Shown: piece by piece, positions 58,851-64,000 of the stretch
Layout of the letters: every line of letters starts with the position of its first letter
Position numbering within the stretch: position 1 is the first letter of the stretch
From: Solirubrobacteraceae bacterium
GTDB lineage: Bacteria; Actinomycetota; Thermoleophilia; Solirubrobacterales; Solirubrobacteraceae
NCBI GenBank assembly: GCA_035487855.1
Contig: DATHLT010000005.1
Span: 3,338 to 67,337 of the forward strand
Direction of reading: 5' to 3'
Length of the DNA stretch: 64,000 bases
Notes under the pieces: model-generated
Database searches by the model: none
What the model saw: only the letters and a program-made list of their open reading frames with translations
What the model was told of the DNA's origin: nothing
Position numbers and translations under genes: made by a program

Positions 58851-59519
58851 ATGCCCGAGCCCGTTGACCCACAACATCTTCTGCTGATTGGCGCCGGACC
58901 CGGAGTCGGCGCCGGTGTTGTTCGACGCTTCGGTCGGGAGGGCTTCCGCAGCACGCTCATCTCCCGCGGCGACACCGAGGTCGCTTCTGAACTACGCAGC
59001 GACGGCCTCGAGATAGAGGCGATCGCCGCGGACATCGAGGATCTCGACGGGTATCGCAAGACACTCCAACGGATCTTCAGCGCTGGCGGAGCGCCGGGCG
59101 TCGTGGTCTACAACGCGGCCCTGCCCGATCCTGGCCAGATCCTCGACACCACCGTCGAGCGGCTGCGGACCGCCCACGACGTCGATGTAATCGGTGCCGT
59201 CGTCGCAGCACAAGTCGCGGCACCCGTCCTGCGGGCGGCCGGCGGCGGCACTCTGTTGGTCACGAGCGGCGGGTTCGCCGACAATCCCGTGCCGGCACTG
59301 GCGACCCTCTCGATGGGGAAGGCCGCCCTGCGCTCGGCGCAGACGCTGGTTGCCGCCGGTGTCGCAGAGGACGGCATCCATGCCGCGACGGTCACGATCG
59401 TCGGTGCCGTCAAGCCGGGGACGGCTTTCGATCCGGACAACATCGCGGAGCTTTTCTGGACCGCTCACACCGACTCGAAGGACGCTTGGCAGACCGAGTA
59501 TCGGTTCACCGGCGCATAG
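58851..59519 (+). CDS. Short-chain dehydrogenase (atypical SDR)
   Basis: GAGPGVG, VVYNAA, LSMGKAALRS (YxxxK Tyr replaced), DPDNIAELFW; GGAGG RBS. Confidence 0.85.
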   Translation: MPEPVDPQHLLLIGAGPGVGAGVVRRFGREGFRSTLISRGDTEVASELRSDGLEIEAIAADIEDLDGYRKTLQRIFSAGGAPGVVVYNAALPDPGQILDTTVERLRTAHDVDVIGAVVAAQVAAPVLRAAGGGTLLVTSGGFADNPVPALATLSMGKAALRSAQTLVAAGVAEDGIHAATVTIVGAVKPGTAFDPDNIAELFWTAHTDSKDAWQTEYRFTGA

Positions 59520-59635
59520 TGCGGCTGATTGACGCGGCGACAGGATGACCGAGTTGGGCTAGATGAGGCCCGAATGTACGGCGCCGCCCGCCATGCGCGG
59601 CGCTGCTCGCTGTCCGGATAACGCAGCGCGGCGCG

Positions 59636-60535
59636 CTAGCCAGTGAGCTGGAGATGGGCTTGTAGGAATGCCCCGGTGCGCGTGAGCGCAGCCTCGGCCT
59701 CCTCGAGCTCCGGCGCGGCGGCCTGGAAGACGTGCGGAACTTCCGGCGTGACGTCAAGTTGGACGGCGACGTCGGCGCTGGCAGCGGCCGAGGCGAGGCG
59801 TGTAGCGTCGTCCAGCAGCACCTCGTTGGAGCCGCACTGGACGAGAAGCGGGGCGATTCCGTGCAGATCGGCGAACAGCGGACTCATCTCGCCGCTCGCC
59901 GGATCGGCGCTGCCCGCGTAATCGGCCACGTTGAGTCGTAGGCGGTCGGGTGCGAGGACGACGTCGACGGCTGCCCTCGTCTTCATGCTGGCGCCGGCGA
60001 GCGTCATGTCGAGCCAGGGTGAGTACAGCACCGCTGCGGCGGGCTGCGCGAGCCCGGCATCGCGTGCGGCGACGAGCGTGCCGAGCGCTAGAGCACCACC
60101 GGCCGACTCGCCGAAGAAAGCGATGCGCTCTGGGCGGATGCGGGTTTCGAGCAGGCCGCGGTAGGACGCGAGAGCGTCGTCGGGAGCCGCCGGGTATGGA
60201 TTCTCTGGAGCAAGCCGGTAGTCGACGGAGAGCACCTTTGCGCGGGCCTGTCGCGCGAGCAGGCACGCGAGGCCGGCGCTCGCACGAGCAGACCCAAGCG
60301 CGAAAACGCCGCCGTGGAAATACAGGACCGCGGCGTCCGCGGTCGCCTCGGGCACCGCGATCTCCAGCGCCGGAACACCGCCAAGCGTCGTTTCGGTGAG
60401 CGACACGTCAGACGGAAGCGGCGTTTGGAGCATGAACTCCTCAAACAGAGGTCGAAGCCGCGACAGATTGCCGCGCTCCTCGGGAGGTACCGCGCTCAAC
60501 AGTTCCGGGAACGACTTCCTTTCGGGCTGGCTCAT
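59636..60535 (-). CDS. HSL-family esterase/lipase (alpha/beta hydrolase-3)
   Basis: YFHGGVF, VDYRLAPENPYPAA.DD, GESAGG, EVLLDD, HVFQ. Confidence 0.92.
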   Translation of the reverse strand: MSQPERKSFPELLSAVPPEERGNLSRLRPLFEEFMLQTPLPSDVSLTETTLGGVPALEIAVPEATADAAVLYFHGGVFALGSARASAGLACLLARQARAKVLSVDYRLAPENPYPAAPDDALASYRGLLETRIRPERIAFFGESAGGALALGTLVAARDAGLAQPAAAVLYSPWLDMTLAGASMKTRAAVDVVLAPDRLRLNVADYAGSADPASGEMSPLFADLHGIAPLLVQCGSNEVLLDDATRLASAAASADVAVQLDVTPEVPHVFQAAAPELEEAEAALTRTGAFLQAHLQLTG

Positions 60536-60701
60536 GGGGCGCATCATCCCGACGGGGCAGGTGAGACAGCATCACCTAACTCCGGTGAGTTCGTGCCGTG
60601 CAAGCCCGACGCGGTCCCTAAACCGGGTCTTCGGATGTCGGTCGTCGACGTGGACAGCTAACGATCGACCCGACTATGCTTGATCGGACTGTGGGATCGA
60701 C

Positions 60702-63407
60702 ATGAGGGGCTCGGCAACAGCGCAGCGTAGGGAGGGTCTGGAGCCGCCGATTGCTCCAGGGGTTCCAGTCGCCCACGGCCTGCTTGACCGGGAGCACCTT
60801 CTGCGGATGCTGGATCGCGCTGTGACGAGGAGAGTGACGGTCATCTCAGCGCCGGCGGGAAGTGGCAAGACCTCGCTGTTGCGTGCGTGGGCTGACCGTT
60901 CGACCAACGCTCCCAGCGTCGCGTTCGTGTCCGTCGACCGCGACGAGCAGGAGGCGCAGCGGTTCTGGTCCACCGTTCTGGATGCGATCCACGGCCCAGT
61001 AGCCTCGACCGATCGTCAGACGCAGCCGGCGGCTGCCGCGGTCCCCGGCGACGAACTCCTTGACGCGATCGTTTCGGAGTTGGCCGAGCAAGCCGAGCCG
61101 TTCGTGCTGATCATCGACGATCTCCACGAGCTGAGGTCCGCTGAGGCCCTCGCGCAGCTAGAGCGGTTGCTCGCGGTGCTGCCGAGCTCGGCGCGCGTGG
61201 TGCTGTCCTCTCGCCGGGATCCCTCGATCAGGCTGCACAAGCTCAGGCTTGCCGACGAGCTCGCTGAGCTGCGGGCCGGCGATCTCCGGTTCAGTGAGAG
61301 CGAGACGCACGAGCTGCTTGCTGCGTCGGGGATCAGTCTGTCCGACGACGGGGCGGCCGCGTTGCACGAGCGCACGGAAGGTTGGGCAGCTGGCCTGCGG
61401 TTGGCGATGATCTCCCTCAGCCGCCATGCCGATCCCGAGCGTTTCGTGGCTGAGTTCTCGGGCACTGACAGGGCGATCGGGGAGTACCTGATGGCCGAGA
61501 TGCTCGAAGGCCAGCCGAGCGAGGTTCAGAGCATGATGTTGCGAACCTCGCTCGTCGATCGGATGAACGGCGAACTCGCCGACCTGCTGGCAGGCCGCTC
61601 AGGCTCCGAGCAGATGCTGCTGGAACTAGAGGACGCCAACGCGTTCGTGGTATCGCTGGACACTCAGCGCACCTGGTTTCGCTACCACCACCTGCTAGCG
61701 GACTTCCTTCGGCTGGAGCTTCGCCGAACCTCAGCAGATGAGGTTCCCGACCTACACCGCCGAGCCGCCCGCTGGTTCGCTGACCACGGGGACATCGTCG
61801 AGGCTGTGCGGCACACACAAGCCGCCGGGGATTGGCCCGACGCCGCGCGGCTGCTCGCAGACCACCTGTTCAGCTTGACGCTCGACGGGAACGAGGGAGC
61901 GATCGCCGTGCTATTGCGGTCATTCCCAGAGGGGCTGTCAGCCGATCATCCGGAGCTGGCTTTGGCTCACGCGGCAGTTCAATTGGCGCAGGGGCGGTTG
62001 GAGGAAGCGGCTGCTCAGCTCGCGCTGGCCGAGTCCCACGTCGAAAGCGCCCAACCAGCTAGGCGTTGGCGCCTCATGGTGGCCACCGCGTCGCTGCGCT
62101 TGGCACTGGCACGGCGTAGTGGTCAGTTCACGGAGGTGATCGAGCAGGTGAGTCTGCTCGATACTTCGATCGCAGACGAGTCGAGCGAATCGATCGCAAT
62201 GAGCAGCGATCTGCGCGGAGCCGCGCTGATGAACCTCGGAATCGTCGAGATGTGGTCTGGGCGACTCGCGGACGCCGACCGGCACCTCGCCGAGGGAGCC
62301 GAGCTCGCCCAGACGATTGGGCGCCCTTACCTGGAGGTCGCGTGTCTCGCACACCGATGTTTCGCGTCAAAGCTGGTGCCGGTCGCGACCGCACGTGAGC
62401 GCGGTGAGCAGGCGGTCGCGCTCGCTGAGCGCTACGGCTTCGAGGACCGCTCGATTCTCACACCCGCACTCGCGGCGCTCGGCGCCATCGCGGTCTGGAT
62501 GGGCGAGTTCGATGAGGCAGAGGGTTGGCTGCGGCGTGCGTGGGAGGTTGCCGAGCCAGACGTTGACCCGGCCGCCGCGGTGTTCTTGTACGTCGCGACA
62601 GGCCAGCTGCACGCCGGACGCCAGCAACATCAATCGGCGCTGGAGCAGTTCGCAGCGGCAGCCCGCACGCAAGCGATGCTCACAGGAGTGCACGCACTGG
62701 CACCGCGGATTGCCGGGTGCCTCGCAGCAACGCAGGCTCGCCTCGGGATGCTGGATGAGGCTCGCACAACGCTCAGCGACTACTCCGCCGCACCCGAGCG
62801 GATGGGTGCCGTCCACGCGATCGACAACGCGCGCGCAGTGATCTTCATGGCGGAAGGTGATGCTGCGGCGGCCTTGGAGGCACTCCGAGACGTTCAGGAC
62901 GCGACCCAGGGCGTCGCCGCGTTCACGCTCGTTGAGACACATCTGCTTGCTGGCATCGCGCACATGGTCTTGGGAGATCAGAATGCCGCGGCTGCCGCAG
63001 CCGAGGCGGCGCTCGCAGCCGCCGAGCCAGACCGCCTGGTGTTTCCGTTCGCGATGACTGGCGCTGCGGAGCTACTCGACGCGCTTCCGCGTCACAAGAC
63101 CGCTCATGGCGCCCTGCTCGTCGACATCCTCAACCTGCTGCGAGGCGAGTCCGTCCCGAGCATCGATCGTGAGCGCCTCGCGGAATCAGAAGAGCTAAGC
63201 CCGAGCGAGCTGCGCGTACTGCGATACCTCCCGACAAATCTCACCCGGCCCGAGATCGCGAGCGAGCTTTACGTCTCCATCAACACGGTCAACACGCATC
63301 TCCGCAACATCTACTCCAAGCTCGGCGTCCGCAACCGTTCCTCCGCCGTTCGCCACGCGCGCGAGCTTCGGCTCCTCTCAATCAGCCGCTCCCCAACATC
63401 GCGCTAG
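60702..63407 (+). CDS. MalT-like STAND ATPase/LuxR transcriptional regulator
   Basis: APAGSGKT (Walker A), IIDDLH, RTEGWAAGLRL, WFRYHHLLADFL, TPR-like middle, C-terminal LuxR HTH. Confidence 0.93.
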   Translation: MRGSATAQRREGLEPPIAPGVPVAHGLLDREHLLRMLDRAVTRRVTVISAPAGSGKTSLLRAWADRSTNAPSVAFVSVDRDEQEAQRFWSTVLDAIHGPVASTDRQTQPAAAAVPGDELLDAIVSELAEQAEPFVLIIDDLHELRSAEALAQLERLLAVLPSSARVVLSSRRDPSIRLHKLRLADELAELRAGDLRFSESETHELLAASGISLSDDGAAALHERTEGWAAGLRLAMISLSRHADPERFVAEFSGTDRAIGEYLMAEMLEGQPSEVQSMMLRTSLVDRMNGELADLLAGRSGSEQMLLELEDANAFVVSLDTQRTWFRYHHLLADFLRLELRRTSADEVPDLHRRAARWFADHGDIVEAVRHTQAAGDWPDAARLLADHLFSLTLDGNEGAIAVLLRSFPEGLSADHPELALAHAAVQLAQGRLEEAAAQLALAESHVESAQPARRWRLMVATASLRLALARRSGQFTEVIEQVSLLDTSIADESSESIAMSSDLRGAALMNLGIVEMWSGRLADADRHLAEGAELAQTIGRPYLEVACLAHRCFASKLVPVATARERGEQAVALAERYGFEDRSILTPALAALGAIAVWMGEFDEAEGWLRRAWEVAEPDVDPAAAVFLYVATGQLHAGRQQHQSALEQFAAAARTQAMLTGVHALAPRIAGCLAATQARLGMLDEARTTLSDYSAAPERMGAVHAIDNARAVIFMAEGDAAAALEALRDVQDATQGVAAFTLVETHLLAGIAHMVLGDQNAAAAAAEAALAAAEPDRLVFPFAMTGAAELLDALPRHKTAHGALLVDILNLLRGESVPSIDRERLAESEELSPSELRVLRYLPTNLTRPEIASELYVSINTVNTHLRNIYSKLGVRNRSSAVRHARELRLLSISRSPTSR

Positions 63408-63462
63408 CAGCGCGACCCTCTCCGCGCCCGGCCTGGCGATTGCCGGCAGACGCCTTTGCCCG

Positions 63463-63825
63463 CTAACCGCCGACTTGGTCGTCTGTCTGCTCGACGAACT
63501 CGATGATGTAACCGTCAGCGTCTCGGGCCAGGATGCTGCCTGGTGAGCCGAGTGAGCCTGTGATCGTCCAGCCGGCCGCTTCGAGTTGCGCCCTTGTGGT
63601 TGCGAGCGAATCCACCAAGGCCGAGGCCACCAGCGAGTCGGCCCGGGCGAGCGCTTCCTCTGTCCCACTCAAGATCGACACTCCAGGGAGCACGGAGACG
63701 GTGAGCCTGGTGTCACCGATGGCGAACTCGTGGAGGACGTCTGACTCGAGCAGGCTGCTGTAGCGCTGGACGGCCGCGGTACGGTCCGTCGACTTGACCA
63801 CGAGCGCGATGCTCTGGATGCTCAT
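63463..63825 (-). CDS. VOC/glyoxalase-like protein
   Basis: C-terminal RDADGYIIEFVE; size and beta-alpha-beta pattern; ATGA overlap with the upstream gene. Confidence 0.65.
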   Translation of the reverse strand: MSIQSIALVVKSTDRTAAVQRYSSLLESDVLHEFAIGDTRLTVSVLPGVSILSGTEEALARADSLVASALVDSLATTRAQLEAAGWTITGSLGSPGSILARDADGYIIEFVEQTDDQVGG

Positions 63826-64000
63826 GCCGTGCTCTGCTTGGCGTCGGTGAACGGCTGCAGGGTCCCGCTCGCGTACTCGCTTGGCGTGACCACCACTCGC
63901 GCGTCCGGGGAGCGGAACGCGTCGATGTCATTGGAGGCGATGTTGCTGAACTGGACCGTCAGCACTCTGGGCTGGTCCCATTCGCCGAGGGCATCGAAGC
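63822..64000 (-). CDS. C-terminus of an ABC substrate-binding protein (LivJ/PBP1-like); 5' part outside the window
   Basis: Manual translation FDALGEWDQPRVLTVQFSNI...VVVTPSEYASGTLQPFTDAKQSTA*. Confidence 0.55.
   Translation of the reverse strand, partial: FDALGEWDQPRVLTVQFSNIASNDIDAFRSPDARVVVTPSEYASGTLQPFTDAKQSTA

Overview
High-GC bacterial chromosome segment. Gene content and the short TANNNT-to-start spacing suggest Actinomycetota, and protein style suggests Thermoleophilia/Solirubrobacterales (inference). Positions 1-39 kb are mostly minus-strand housekeeping genes: isochorismate synthase (cut by the window edge), ilvNB, gatCAB, folD, pcrA, Rrf2-cysK-cysE, an HDOD-LuxR regulator, gltX, nfo, dnaE, argCJBD-GNAT-argG, pheST, TrmH, and thrS-infC-rpmI-rplT. 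Positions 40-64 kb are an accessory, partly decaying region: two small HTH regulators, a divergent Stf0-type sulfotransferase/sulfatase pair, peptidases, Cys-rich secreted proteins, an EthA-like monooxygenase, pseudogenes, and an aromatic-catabolism-like cluster with a MalT-type regulator. No rRNA, tRNA, CRISPR array, integrase or transposase was seen. The strongest unexplained signals are non-coding or orphan: (i) one 43-nt hairpin (36/43 identical, with a compensatory base-pair change) in the 5' leaders of both ilvB and rpmI; (ii) a ~530-nt region after gatB with no convincing ORF, packed with pseudoknot-type pairings and closed by a 10-bp terminal inverted repeat; (iii) an 84-aa orphan gene with its own near-consensus promoter, wedged between two broken genes. 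All calls are by eye, with no database searches.
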